A stretch of 64,000 nucleotides of DNA from Candidatus Saccharimonadota bacterium (GTDB taxonomy: Bacteria > Patescibacteriota > Saccharimonadia > Saccharimonadales > UBA4665), in NCBI GenBank assembly GCA_003153395.1, contig PLYP01000005.1, forward strand, positions 21,701-85,700. Reading direction: 5' to 3'. A program made the translations under genes and the position numbers. Shown here one piece after another: positions 9,877-18,747 of the stretch (positions within the stretch are counted from its first letter, which is position 1; each line of letters opens with the position of its first letter). The notes under the pieces were generated by a model. It did no database searches, was not told the origin of the DNA, and saw nothing but the letters and a program-made list of their open reading frames with translations.

Positions 9877-10560
9877 ATGCATTTTGATAACCATGAAATA
9901 GCTCTGCTTGATAATTTTCTTATTGATGTTGAGAAATCTTCACTATCTGGACTTTCAACCATGGAAGATTTGTGGATGATTGCTGACGCAGAAAGTAAAA
10001 TGTTGATTGAAGAAATACTTCAACTTAATCCCTTAGATTTCGAATTCAAAGGAAAGAAAATTAAAGAGGAGTCAATTCCAGATGATGTTGTAGCCATCGA
10101 CAATAGCAAATATGCTCAAGACGGAGAATATGCATTATTCAAAAAATCATATCTACCCAGACCTGTTTATGCGGCGTTTAGCAAGATGGGTGAGGAATTT
10201 ACAAAATCTTATCCAAGCCGAGTATTACTAGTTGGATCTGGGTATCGTTCACCTGCAAGTCAAGTAGTGACTTTAGTTTACATACTAGCCAAAATTTATA
10301 ATTTTGATATCAATAAAACTCTTAAGAGGGTAGCCCTTCCACAGTATTCAACGCACAGCTCTGTTAGCGAGACCGCTATTGACGTCATGAACGTTGACGG
10401 TGAACCTAAAGACGAAGACTCGTTGGCTTTTAAAGATAGCGTTGAATATGAATGGCTGAAAGACCATGCAAATAATTTTGATTTTTACGAATCGTATCCA
10501 CCCAATAACCCTGACGGTATTATGTGGGAACCTTGGCATTGGCAATATAAGTCAAATTAG
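9877..10560 (+). CDS. D-alanyl-D-alanine carboxypeptidase, M15B/VanY family
   Basis: SGYRS, SxH-x6-AID, WEPWHW. Confidence 0.87.
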   Translation: MHFDNHEIALLDNFLIDVEKSSLSGLSTMEDLWMIADAESKMLIEEILQLNPLDFEFKGKKIKEESIPDDVVAIDNSKYAQDGEYALFKKSYLPRPVYAAFSKMGEEFTKSYPSRVLLVGSGYRSPASQVVTLVYILAKIYNFDINKTLKRVALPQYSTHSSVSETAIDVMNVDGEPKDEDSLAFKDSVEYEWLKDHANNFDFYESYPPNNPDGIMWEPWHWQYKSN

Positions 10561-10762
10561 TCCGAAATTCGTTAGACAAGGCCAGCCAAATGCAGCATAA
10601 CAGACGTACGCCCACATACCTTTTCATTTTGTATAGACACCGCGTAAGTAAGCGCATCGCAGATCGTAACGAGATACAAATCATCTGCGCCCTGTGACTA
10701 CGGTCATGATTTGCCAGTAGCTCATTCCCGTATACTAAAATAGTTGGTAAAGGGAATGGATT

Positions 10763-13555
10763 ATGAACTCTGATATACAGCGGCTGGCTCCTGACAAGGT
10801 TTATGGCAAGCTTTCAACGACGACTCAAGGATTAAGCGAATTAGAAGTGGAAACTCGCAGGCAACGCTTTGGTAATAACATAATTGAAGAGTTTGTCCGA
10901 ACCGGATACTACGCCAGGTTGATTGCTAACTTTACGCACATGATGGCTGTCCTACTATGGGCGGGTGGAGCCATAGCATTCATCGCAGGCATGCCGCAAC
11001 TTGGCATAGCTATATGGCTGGTTAATATTATCAACGGTGTATTCAGCTTTTGGCAGGAATATCGCGCGGAAAAAGCCACTCAGACTTTACAGAAATTGCT
11101 TCCGCAAAAGGCCGTAGTTATCCGTAGTGGGGTGGAGCAAAGCGTACTAGCAGACGAACTAGTTCCGGGTGATGTTATCGTACTGTCTCAAGGCGACCAT
11201 ATCTCAGCTGACGCCCGACTGGTAAGTGAGGCCGAGCTGCGGGTTGATCAGTCAATCCTTACAGGCGAGTCTGAGCCTGTACCGAAAGCCTCGTTGGCCA
11301 TTAGCCAAGAAAATTTGACAGCCGTCGAAGTTCCCAACCTGGTTTTTGCAGGAACAAACGTGGTGGCGGGTAATGGTCGGGCCGTGGTCTTTGCCACTGG
11401 CATGGATAGGGAGTTGGGCAAGATAGCCCATTTAACTCAGTCACTACCTCAAGACCTGTCGCCACTTCAAAAAGAAATGCAGACCGCTACAAAAATTATT
11501 ACGATCATGGTAATACTGATAGGCGGCTTTTTCTTCTTACTCGCAATCACTTTTGGACATATTAACTTTACAGACAGCGCAATTTTTACCCTAGGAATGA
11601 TAGTGGCGTTTGTGCCAGAGGGCATGCTACCCACCGTAACCTTAGCCCTGGCTATAAGTAGCCAGCGCATGTCCAAGCGAAATGCCCTAATAAAGAGGCT
11701 GTCATCCGTCGAAACGCTCGGCTGCACTACTGTTATTTGTTCCGATAAGACCGGCACATTAACTAAGAATGAAATGACTGTCCATGACATATGGCTGCCA
11801 CCATCTGCTTCAGCTGGTAAGTCGGGCAACCGACTAAGCGTGACTGGGACCGGTTACGGCGTAGAAGGTGAGATAATGCATCACGGCAAAATCTATTCAC
11901 CGGAGCAGGAAACCGGCCTCCATGAACTTTTGCAAGCTGCCCTGCTATGCAACAACGCACGACTAGTGGCTTCGACTGATGAGAGCGCCCATTGGAGCGT
12001 CTTGGGCGACCCAACGGAGGCAGCCCTGCTAGTGGCGACCCAAAAGGGTGGATTGGATCTACAGTTGGAGCTGGCACATTCGCCGCGCATTGACGAGCTA
12101 CCGTTTGAGTCAAGCCGCAAGCGCATGAGCACCATCCACCAAGTTTATGACGAAGGACAACCTACTTTGGATAGGGTAGCTTTGGCTAAGGGTTCGCCGC
12201 TTGAAACCCTCAGTTTATGTACGAATGTTCTGCAAAACGGTAAGGCGGTGCCGCTTAGTAGTGAACTGCGTGCTAGTATAGTGGCTGCCAACGACCAGTA
12301 TGCCCGGCAGGGGCTGAGGGTGTTGGCCGTGGCCTCCCGAAAGTTGCCAAGAAAGTTAAAGGAAATTTCAGCTGTCAATGTCGAGCAAGACTTAACGTTC
12401 CTAGGGCTGATTGCCATGATGGATCCACCTAGGCCAGAGGTTATTGAAGCGGTCAAGGCCTGCCAGAGTGCCGGAGTCCGGATCATCATGATCACCGGTG
12501 ATTACGGATTAACGGCCGAAAGTATAGCCAAACAGATTGGTATTACCCGCAAAAGGATACGAGTTGTGTCTGGCAGTGAACTTGACTACATGGATGATAA
12601 CAAGTTGCGCAACGTACTTGCCCATGAAGTCATCTTTGCCCGGAGCTCGCCACGGCATAAACTGCGAATTGTCGCTACCCTTCAGGGCCTAGGCCACATA
12701 GTCGCCGTAACCGGTGATGGCGTTAATGATGCTCCGGCACTAAAAAAAGCAGATATTGGTGTGGCGATGGGATGTAAAGGCACAGACGTAGCGAAAGAAG
12801 CCGCAGACATGATATTAACAGATGATAACTTCGCGTCAATTGTAAGTGCTATCGAAGAGGGACGAGCCGTATATGCCAACATAAGGAAGTTTGTCACCTA
12901 CATATTTACGAGCAATGCGCCTGAAGCCGTGCCTTTTATTATCTTCGTATTATCTAGAGCAAGTATTCCCCTAGCGCTTACTGTCATGCAGGTCATCTTC
13001 ATTGACTTAGGCACTGATATGGCCCCTGCCTTAGCCCTCGGCGCTGAACCGCCTGAGCCTGATGTCATGAATAGACCGCCGCGAAACCGTAAAGAGCATA
13101 TTGTTACACGATCCGTACTCATACGGTCTTACGTATATTTAGGGCTAATACAAAGCGGTGCGGCAATGGTTGCCTTCTTCTTTATGTATTGGATGCACGG
13201 CTACCATGGCTTCTTCGGGCTCCCTCACACCGGTAACCTGTACAGATCAGCGACAGCCATGACCCTGGCCACAGTGGTTGCCACTCAAGTTGGCAACCTC
13301 TTCGCTCAACGTACGGAAAGGCTTTCCAGCTTCAAGATAAAAGCCTTCGTCAATCCTTTAATCTGGATAGGAATTGCTGTTGAGCTGACGCTTATCTTTT
13401 CGGTTATCTACATCCCATTTTTCCAGCACATCTTTCAAACAGCTTCACTACCGCCAAGCAGCTGGTTATTCATATTTGCTTGGACGCCGTTGCTGCTGAT
13501 GGCCGATGAGTTAAGAAAATGGATCGTAAGAAGAAGAGCCGCTACCGCTGGCTGA
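10763..13555 (+). CDS. P-type cation-transporting ATPase (P2 type, P2C/CtpF-like)
   Basis: TGES, VPEG, DKTGT, MITGD, TGDGVNDAPALKKADIG, IDLGTDM. Confidence 0.96.
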   Translation: MNSDIQRLAPDKVYGKLSTTTQGLSELEVETRRQRFGNNIIEEFVRTGYYARLIANFTHMMAVLLWAGGAIAFIAGMPQLGIAIWLVNIINGVFSFWQEYRAEKATQTLQKLLPQKAVVIRSGVEQSVLADELVPGDVIVLSQGDHISADARLVSEAELRVDQSILTGESEPVPKASLAISQENLTAVEVPNLVFAGTNVVAGNGRAVVFATGMDRELGKIAHLTQSLPQDLSPLQKEMQTATKIITIMVILIGGFFFLLAITFGHINFTDSAIFTLGMIVAFVPEGMLPTVTLALAISSQRMSKRNALIKRLSSVETLGCTTVICSDKTGTLTKNEMTVHDIWLPPSASAGKSGNRLSVTGTGYGVEGEIMHHGKIYSPEQETGLHELLQAALLCNNARLVASTDESAHWSVLGDPTEAALLVATQKGGLDLQLELAHSPRIDELPFESSRKRMSTIHQVYDEGQPTLDRVALAKGSPLETLSLCTNVLQNGKAVPLSSELRASIVAANDQYARQGLRVLAVASRKLPRKLKEISAVNVEQDLTFLGLIAMMDPPRPEVIEAVKACQSAGVRIIMITGDYGLTAESIAKQIGITRKRIRVVSGSELDYMDDNKLRNVLAHEVIFARSSPRHKLRIVATLQGLGHIVAVTGDGVNDAPALKKADIGVAMGCKGTDVAKEAADMILTDDNFASIVSAIEEGRAVYANIRKFVTYIFTSNAPEAVPFIIFVLSRASIPLALTVMQVIFIDLGTDMAPALALGAEPPEPDVMNRPPRNRKEHIVTRSVLIRSYVYLGLIQSGAAMVAFFFMYWMHGYHGFFGLPHTGNLYRSATAMTLATVVATQVGNLFAQRTERLSSFKIKAFVNPLIWIGIAVELTLIFSVIYIPFFQHIFQTASLPPSSWLFIFAWTPLLLMADELRKWIVRRRAATAG

Positions 13556-13601
13556 CAAATAGCTGCATTATATTGTTTCAAAGTGTCTCGTCTCGGGCAC
13601 A

Positions 13602-13625
13602 GTTCTAGGCCGGTATGCTCAGCCA
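13602..13625 (+). repeat. Degenerate tRNA 3'-end copy A (att-like)
   Basis: G-TTCTAGG-CCGGT-ATGCTCA-G-CCA; 16/24 gap-free match to tRNA-Gln 9804-9827. Confidence 0.65.
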
Positions 13626-13673
13626 CGATAGATTCGAGCTAAAGTCAAATATGTAGAGTGGTTATCTATTATT

Positions 13674-13697
13674 GTTCTAGGCCTGGACACTCAGCTA
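13674..13697 (+). repeat. Degenerate tRNA 3'-end copy B
   Basis: G-TTCTAGG-CCTGG-ACACTCA-G-CTA; shares GTTCTAGGCC and CTCAGC with copy A. Confidence 0.6.
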
Positions 13698-13760
13698 TAA
13701 TAGACTTTAAAGTGACACCGCTTCATAATCATATTAACAAAGTCGCTAGAGGTGCTAATA

Positions 13761-14495
13761 ATGCCAGCAGAGAGCCGTAACCTTAAAGGAAATGTCATTG
13801 CCATTACAGGCGCTAGTTCGGGTATTGGACGGGAGACCGCCAGGCTGTTGGTTGAAGCAGGCGCGAAAGTAGCGCTTGGAGCTCGCCGTCTAGATAGACT
13901 TAATGAGCTAGTTAAAGAGCTTGGAAAAGATAGTGCCGTCGCTATCCAAATGGACGTAACAAGCGCTGATGAAAATAATAAATTTATTACGAAGACAATC
14001 GAGACATTTGGACGCCTAGACAGCGTAGTTGCTAACGCCGGCATTGGATATTATGGAGGGATAACTGACATCTCAGATGGTGAACTGACAAACATGATTG
14101 CCGTAAATTATTCCGGTACGATTTGGACAATTAGAGCTGCGGTTCCGGAATTCCGTAAAACTGGAGCTGGCGATATTGTGATCGTATCCAGTGTTGCTGG
14201 CTTTCGCGGTGGAGCTAATGAAGCTGTTTATGCGGGAACTAAGTTCGCTCAAATCGGGCTAGCAGGCTCCCTCGATCGCGAATTAACTCCTGAAGGCATA
14301 CGAGTTACCGCCATATGTCCTGCAGGTACCAATACCGAGTTCGCTATTGGAGCAGGTCGTACGGAGGGTGATCCAGCTTTGAACGACTACATGAGCCCCG
14401 CAGACGTAGCTTTCCAGATTGTTACTGCACTCCAACAGCCGCGTCGCATCAGGACTTCTGTCTGGATGACTTGGAGTATGGCTCAATTTAGTTAA
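13761..14495 (+). CDS. SDR family oxidoreductase
   Basis: ITGASSGIG, ANAG, YAGTK (YxxxK); SD GAGGTG before ATG 13761 (track start 13752). Confidence 0.93.
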   Translation: MPAESRNLKGNVIAITGASSGIGRETARLLVEAGAKVALGARRLDRLNELVKELGKDSAVAIQMDVTSADENNKFITKTIETFGRLDSVVANAGIGYYGGITDISDGELTNMIAVNYSGTIWTIRAAVPEFRKTGAGDIVIVSSVAGFRGGANEAVYAGTKFAQIGLAGSLDRELTPEGIRVTAICPAGTNTEFAIGAGRTEGDPALNDYMSPADVAFQIVTALQQPRRIRTSVWMTWSMAQFS

Positions 14496-14540
14496 TACGG
14501 CACATAACTGCCAAAAAGCTATACAAGCAGAATTAAGTGT

Positions 14541-14675
14541 ATGAATAAGTTATGGCATGAGCAACACAAAATGCCAAAGAATACGACACATGAAGAGCGG
14601 CTGAAGTGGCACCTAGAACATCAAAGGCAATGTGGTTGTAGGCCAATTCCAAAAAGTCTGCAAAATGGGGTATAA
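14541..14675 (+). CDS. 44-aa His/Cys-rich small protein (missed by the ORF track)
   Basis: MNKLWHEQHKMPKNTTHEERLKWHLEHQRQCGCRPIPKSLQNGV*; co-oriented with its neighbours and fills the gap. Confidence 0.7.
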   Translation: MNKLWHEQHKMPKNTTHEERLKWHLEHQRQCGCRPIPKSLQNGV

Positions 14676-14677
14676 AG

Positions 14678-14701
14678 GTTCCAGACCGGCATGAGTAGTC
14701 A
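14678..14701 (+). repeat. Degenerate tRNA 3'-end copy C
   Basis: G-TTCCAGA-CCGGC-ATGAGTA-G-TCA, 2 nt after the small ORF stop; shares AAAGGTTCC..ACCGG.ATG with copy D. Confidence 0.5.
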
Positions 14702-14779
14702 AGGATATGTACGCCATAAAAGTCCACAAGGGATAGGAGTTCAGGATTACGTAGTGTTTTAACTTGCTACAATTAAGGT

Positions 14780-15040
14780 ATGGTCAGATTTATTATTGAC
14801 GTGCGAGAGCCTGAAGAATACTCAGCCGGGCATGTTGCAAACGCACTAAACATACCTCCCTCGGAATTGATGAGTGGGACTGAAAAGCTTAGCGCTATAC
14901 CGAAAGACGCAGAAGTAATTTTGTATTGCAAAACTGGAAGCCGTTCTAACGTATCGAAAAATATTTTGGAGTCCATGGGTTATGTGAACGTTATAAATGG
15001 GATCAACAAAGATCACGTTGCAGCCAAGTACGGTTATTAA
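14780..15040 (+). CDS. Single-domain rhodanese (PspE-like)
   Basis: IIDVREPEEYSAGH, ALNIP, LYCKTGSRS. Confidence 0.92.
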   Translation: MVRFIIDVREPEEYSAGHVANALNIPPSELMSGTEKLSAIPKDAEVILYCKTGSRSNVSKNILESMGYVNVINGINKDHVAAKYGY

Positions 15041-15097
15041 CAATCAACGTCTGTAGGATCCAGGCTTTCAGCATCAACCCGAACGAAATCCAAAAAG

Positions 15098-15121
15098 GTT
15101 CCTTACCGGTATGCTCAGCTA
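15098..15121 (+). repeat. Degenerate tRNA 3'-end copy D
   Basis: G-TTCCTTA-CCGGT-ATGCTCA-G-CTA; exact 14-mer CCGGTATGCTCAGC shared with copy A. Confidence 0.62.
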
Positions 15122-15176
15122 AGAGCACATATTTTACGCCTTATCCACTAAGTATTTGTTAGATTTACAGGTTAGT

Positions 15177-16958
15177 CTAGTTTTTTTTAGTGCGCCAATC
15201 TTTCCATATTAAACGGTGGATTGGAATTAATTTGGGTATGTCTCGAATTCCCGGTATAAATGGCACCAAAAGTAACAACAAGGTTGCAAGACTAGTAAGA
15301 TAAATAGCGATTAAGTCTACATTAGCTGATGTACTGAAACTGGGCACTTGATACCAAAGTGTGTATAGCCACAGCCATGGTTGTCCCGGAAACGAACCGG
15401 TTTCATTCATCACCCCCCATTGAGTTCCAGTCAAATGTTCAGATTTGGCAATTGATGAAAAATAGCTACCATCTTCTATAAATAACAGTGGTTTTGTGTA
15501 ATTGGTGCCGTAAAATGGCTGCTGTGCTAATAAATCAGCATCTATAGCTCCGCTTTGGGCCATCGACAATTCACTAGCAATCATAACCGGTAGAGGACCG
15601 TCGTCAGCCTTCGTTACTGTCGGTATCCCCGACTTAAACGTCACGCTGCTTGTAACTGCATTTAAGTAGGATTGAGCCCAGGCTTGCTGCTGCTTAGATG
15701 TAGCTCGATTATAGTCAGAGAGCGCTTTTGTGAGAGTTGAGTTCCCTAAAGCTACTGTTGAGAGCGGGGATAATACAAACGTTTGAGCTGGGTTTATTGG
15801 TTGGTGAACTCCGGCAAGCAATTGCGGTGAAACTCCGATGCGCTGTACATTTGAAGACCCATTATTATAGGGCGGCCCATACTTAGCTGTTTCACTGGTA
15901 CCTGCTAACTCACTCGCTGCTGTTCCCATAAAATCAGCGGGAGCAATCTTTGACCAAGTTGCAACAGTTACGGGCGGTTCATCTGGGGAAGATAGTAAAC
16001 TAGCAAGGCTAAATACTAGAAATAAAACTATTATTGTTGCGAGTGTTCCTTCTTTTAATATATCGTAGCGTCTTGTTGGCCCTTTCCAGTCTGCGGCTTC
16101 GGCAGCTTTCAGCGCTCGTCTAGCCGCTCGTCCATGCGCTCTTTGAATCGGATGAGAAACTCCCCTTACTCTTACCAATATAATATGTACTGCCACAAAT
16201 AATATTAGAACCAGCGGGATCACGATAATATGCCAAGTGAGTATTTGGCCAAAGTTCATAAGATTAAAAAATGATCCCAAGCCAGTAGCATTAATAGCAT
16301 CTTTACCGTTCGCAGCTATCCATTGTGAATCATAATTCTGCTGAGATAAGTACCCTGTGAAGCATTCTAGAATGGATACCCCAAAAGCTAAAACTCCTGT
16401 CATCCATGTTAATGCTCGTTTGCCTCGCCAAGCTGCCATCCAAAACTTACCCCATAAGTGAATAACCATAAAGGCCATAAATAGCTCGACACTCCATAGG
16501 TGCACACTATTCACAAAGTGCCCTAATGGACTATCGTGCCACCAATTAACCCCACCAATTGCCAGTACCACGCCGGAAGCCATCAACACGCCTAAAGCAG
16601 CTAGAGTTGCAACGCCAAATACATAGATCCATGATGAAACGTAAGCCGGTTGACGATCGGGCAGCAGCTTGCCTGGTGGTAGTATCCTTAGGAAAAAGTT
16701 TCTTACTTTGTTAGTCCACATGCCATTGGGCTTACTGGCAAATGGCCCATGATTGACGTCTTGGTTGTCAGATTCAGTATCTTTATCAGCCTCATTATCT
16801 CGACTTTTTGGAAACGGCAATAGAATTGCCAGTCCAAAAATAACTACCATAGTAGCTATAATTATCAAATTTGCTATAGATATCGTGAAAATTGACCAAT
16901 GGATGTAATGCTGAGGGTGATTTAAGTTTACAAGAGAAGCGATTGTTTCGATATTCAT
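15177..16958 (-). CDS. Cytochrome b/b6 N-terminal domain protein with a long extracytoplasmic C-terminal extension
   Basis: Heme-ligand helices VHLWS...VIHLW and WHII...VHII, ALTWMTGV, FTGYL. Confidence 0.85.
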   Translation of the reverse strand: MNIETIASLVNLNHPQHYIHWSIFTISIANLIIIATMVVIFGLAILLPFPKSRDNEADKDTESDNQDVNHGPFASKPNGMWTNKVRNFFLRILPPGKLLPDRQPAYVSSWIYVFGVATLAALGVLMASGVVLAIGGVNWWHDSPLGHFVNSVHLWSVELFMAFMVIHLWGKFWMAAWRGKRALTWMTGVLAFGVSILECFTGYLSQQNYDSQWIAANGKDAINATGLGSFFNLMNFGQILTWHIIVIPLVLILFVAVHIILVRVRGVSHPIQRAHGRAARRALKAAEAADWKGPTRRYDILKEGTLATIIVLFLVFSLASLLSSPDEPPVTVATWSKIAPADFMGTAASELAGTSETAKYGPPYNNGSSNVQRIGVSPQLLAGVHQPINPAQTFVLSPLSTVALGNSTLTKALSDYNRATSKQQQAWAQSYLNAVTSSVTFKSGIPTVTKADDGPLPVMIASELSMAQSGAIDADLLAQQPFYGTNYTKPLLFIEDGSYFSSIAKSEHLTGTQWGVMNETGSFPGQPWLWLYTLWYQVPSFSTSANVDLIAIYLTSLATLLLLLVPFIPGIRDIPKLIPIHRLIWKDWRTKKN

Positions 16959-17034
16959 ATCCTATATTCTACCATTCGAACTATCATTTTAGTGTGATCT
17001 CTGTCAATGTATTTATGCTAATCAGCTCAGAACG

Positions 17035-17598
17035 CTATTTTGTGTCAGTTAATTGTTGTCGGCCATATTTGTTTACTACCTTGCAGAGCAAAATACCGAA
17101 TGCAAGTTGAAAAATTACCTGTCCTTGGAGTAGTAGGCCATGTGGTTTTGGCAAGTAATAAAATGAGATAAGTCCGCCGCATAATTCAATGCAAACCAAG
17201 CCAAGATTTTGCCAGCTAAAGTCTATTTTTACCAATAGCCAGATGGACAATACTAGCTGGAATACAAATAGGGTTGTTCCGATAGCAGTATGGATTGGAT
17301 TCACTAATGTGTGAGGAGTTAATACTAATCCTGTGAGCAATAATGCCATGACTCGTAAACCGTAAGCAACGTAGTTATGAAGCTTATTATTATTGACTAA
17401 TACCCTGGCAGCCTCCCAATAAAAGTAAGCGTTCAGAAAAAAGGCCGCAGAATATGGAATAATCGTATTTTTAAAGCTACCAAAATAGCTAAGTCCGTCA
17501 TTAGCAGAGAGACCGGCTGGACGGATAAGTATACATATCAGCAGTAATGTGAACGCTGCAATTAGACCGTAAGATATGCTACGTGCTGCTTGAGTCAT
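17035..17598 (-). CDS. Membrane protein (DUF998-like)
   Basis: About six TM segments, GLSYFG, IHTAIG. Confidence 0.65.
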   Translation of the reverse strand: MTQAARSISYGLIAAFTLLLICILIRPAGLSANDGLSYFGSFKNTIIPYSAAFFLNAYFYWEAARVLVNNNKLHNYVAYGLRVMALLLTGLVLTPHTLVNPIHTAIGTTLFVFQLVLSIWLLVKIDFSWQNLGLVCIELCGGLISFYYLPKPHGLLLQGQVIFQLAFGILLCKVVNKYGRQQLTDTK

Positions 17599-17762
17599 GT
17601 TAATTATAGCCCTAGTCTATGGTATACCCTCAGCTGTAATAGCGTTAAGTAGACATGTGTGTGATGCGGATCATCGTCTTTTGGAGACATTGCTTACAGA
17701 CAGTCATTTTGCATCAGTACATACTGGGTAATGTCAACTTAATATGCATGGGAAGGAGGCCT

Positions 17763-17852
17763 ATGATATCGAGAGCTTATTGTCATGAAACGAGAATCGA
17801 AAGAGATGCAGAGAACTACGCGTCAAGCAAATTAGTAAGGGGGATATCATGA
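17763..17852 (+). CDS. Possible 29-aa leader or small ORF
   Basis: AAGGAGG SD 3 nt before ATG; stop overlaps the next start (ATGA). Confidence 0.3.
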   Translation: MISRAYCHETRIERDAENYASSKLVRGIS

Positions 17853-18247
17853 AATTATCATTGAAGGATGTAATAAACGCACTACTCGCTATCGGGGGTG
17901 CGGCCGTTGTGTATGCTAAATTTTATAGCTATTCATGGTCGGTGATAGGTAGCTGGCGCAGTGCGGTCGCTGTACTAGCGCTAATTGGTCTAGTTATGTT
18001 TGCATTTAGTAGCTTCAATTTTGCCAACCGAAGCATACTTAATGTCACCGAAATGATGTTAGGAGTTGTGGCAATTGGACTAGTAATTGTAGGGGTCATC
18101 ATGACCAGCCAATTTGTGTTCTATAGTCTGGCTATCGTCCTTGGGCTAGAGTGGTTGGTTGACACAGCCCGTCATGCTCGTCATAGCTGGATCGGCGAAG
18201 AGGGCTACGGAACAACTACGTTTCACCACCATGCCCATGTTCACTGA
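17849..18247 (+). CDS. 4-TM membrane protein with His-rich tail
   Basis: Hydrophobic helices, C-terminal FHHHAHVH, SD AAGGGGG. Confidence 0.7.
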   Translation: MKLSLKDVINALLAIGGAAVVYAKFYSYSWSVIGSWRSAVAVLALIGLVMFAFSSFNFANRSILNVTEMMLGVVAIGLVIVGVIMTSQFVFYSLAIVLGLEWLVDTARHARHSWIGEEGYGTTTFHHHAHVH

Positions 18248-18315
18248 AAGTTAGTATTGTAAACGTATACGCAGAAAATACCACCGGTAATTAAGTTAAT
18301 AACGAGGGGGAAGCT

Positions 18316-18744
18316 ATGCAGTTAGTACGATACAATCCGCTCCGTGATTTACAAAGGATGGAACGGGATCTAGATAAGTTTTGGGAGGATGACTGGGGTT
18401 TATTGCCTTCGCTCGCTGACTCGACGACTATGGATCTTTACGAAGAAGATGGCAAATTAGTAGCCGAGTTGAGTCTGCCGAACTTCACGAAGGATGAGGT
18501 AAAGGTAACCACCGATGAAGGGGTGCTGGAAGTTTCAGCCGAACACAGCGAGAAAGAAGAGGGCAAAGGCAAGCGACGGTATTACTTCCGAGAAAGCAGT
18601 AACCGATATTTGCGCCGTGTCAAATTGCCAGAAGGCGTGAGAATCGACAATACCGAGGCTGTATTCAAAGACGGGGTATTGAGGGTAGCGATGCCGACTA
18701 CTACCTCTCCCAAGATTAAAGCCAAAACTGTACCTATTAAGTAA
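18316..18744 (+). CDS. Hsp20/alpha-crystallin small heat-shock protein
   Basis: LVRYNPLRDL, MDLYE, LPEGV, AVFKDGVLRV. Confidence 0.93.
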   Translation: MQLVRYNPLRDLQRMERDLDKFWEDDWGLLPSLADSTTMDLYEEDGKLVAELSLPNFTKDEVKVTTDEGVLEVSAEHSEKEEGKGKRRYYFRESSNRYLRRVKLPEGVRIDNTEAVFKDGVLRVAMPTTTSPKIKAKTVPIK

Positions 18745-18747
18745 ACC

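Noticed and set aside
9660..9962. 100-aa minus-strand ORF containing WLGMRDSNPRSWDQNP
   Set aside because: It is the antisense translation of tRNA-Gln, a common spurious ORF.
10571..10577. GTTAGAC integron core site (GTTRRRY) after the VanY-like gene
   Set aside because: I found no matching inverse core or attC hairpin upstream and there is no intI; a lone 7-mer is expected by chance.
13435..13626. 63-aa minus-strand ORF starting MAEHTGLE
   Set aside because: It is the antisense reading of tRNA-like copy A plus the ATPase end. It is not a gene, although it supports the tRNA-fragment interpretation.
14533..14727. 64-aa minus-strand ORF
   Set aside because: The plus-strand 44-aa ORF fits the local orientation better and has a patterned His/Cys motif.
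13602..15121. CRISPR array interpretation of the repeats
   Set aside because: The copies are too degenerate, the spacing is irregular (72 to about 1000 nt) and includes whole genes, and no cas genes are present.
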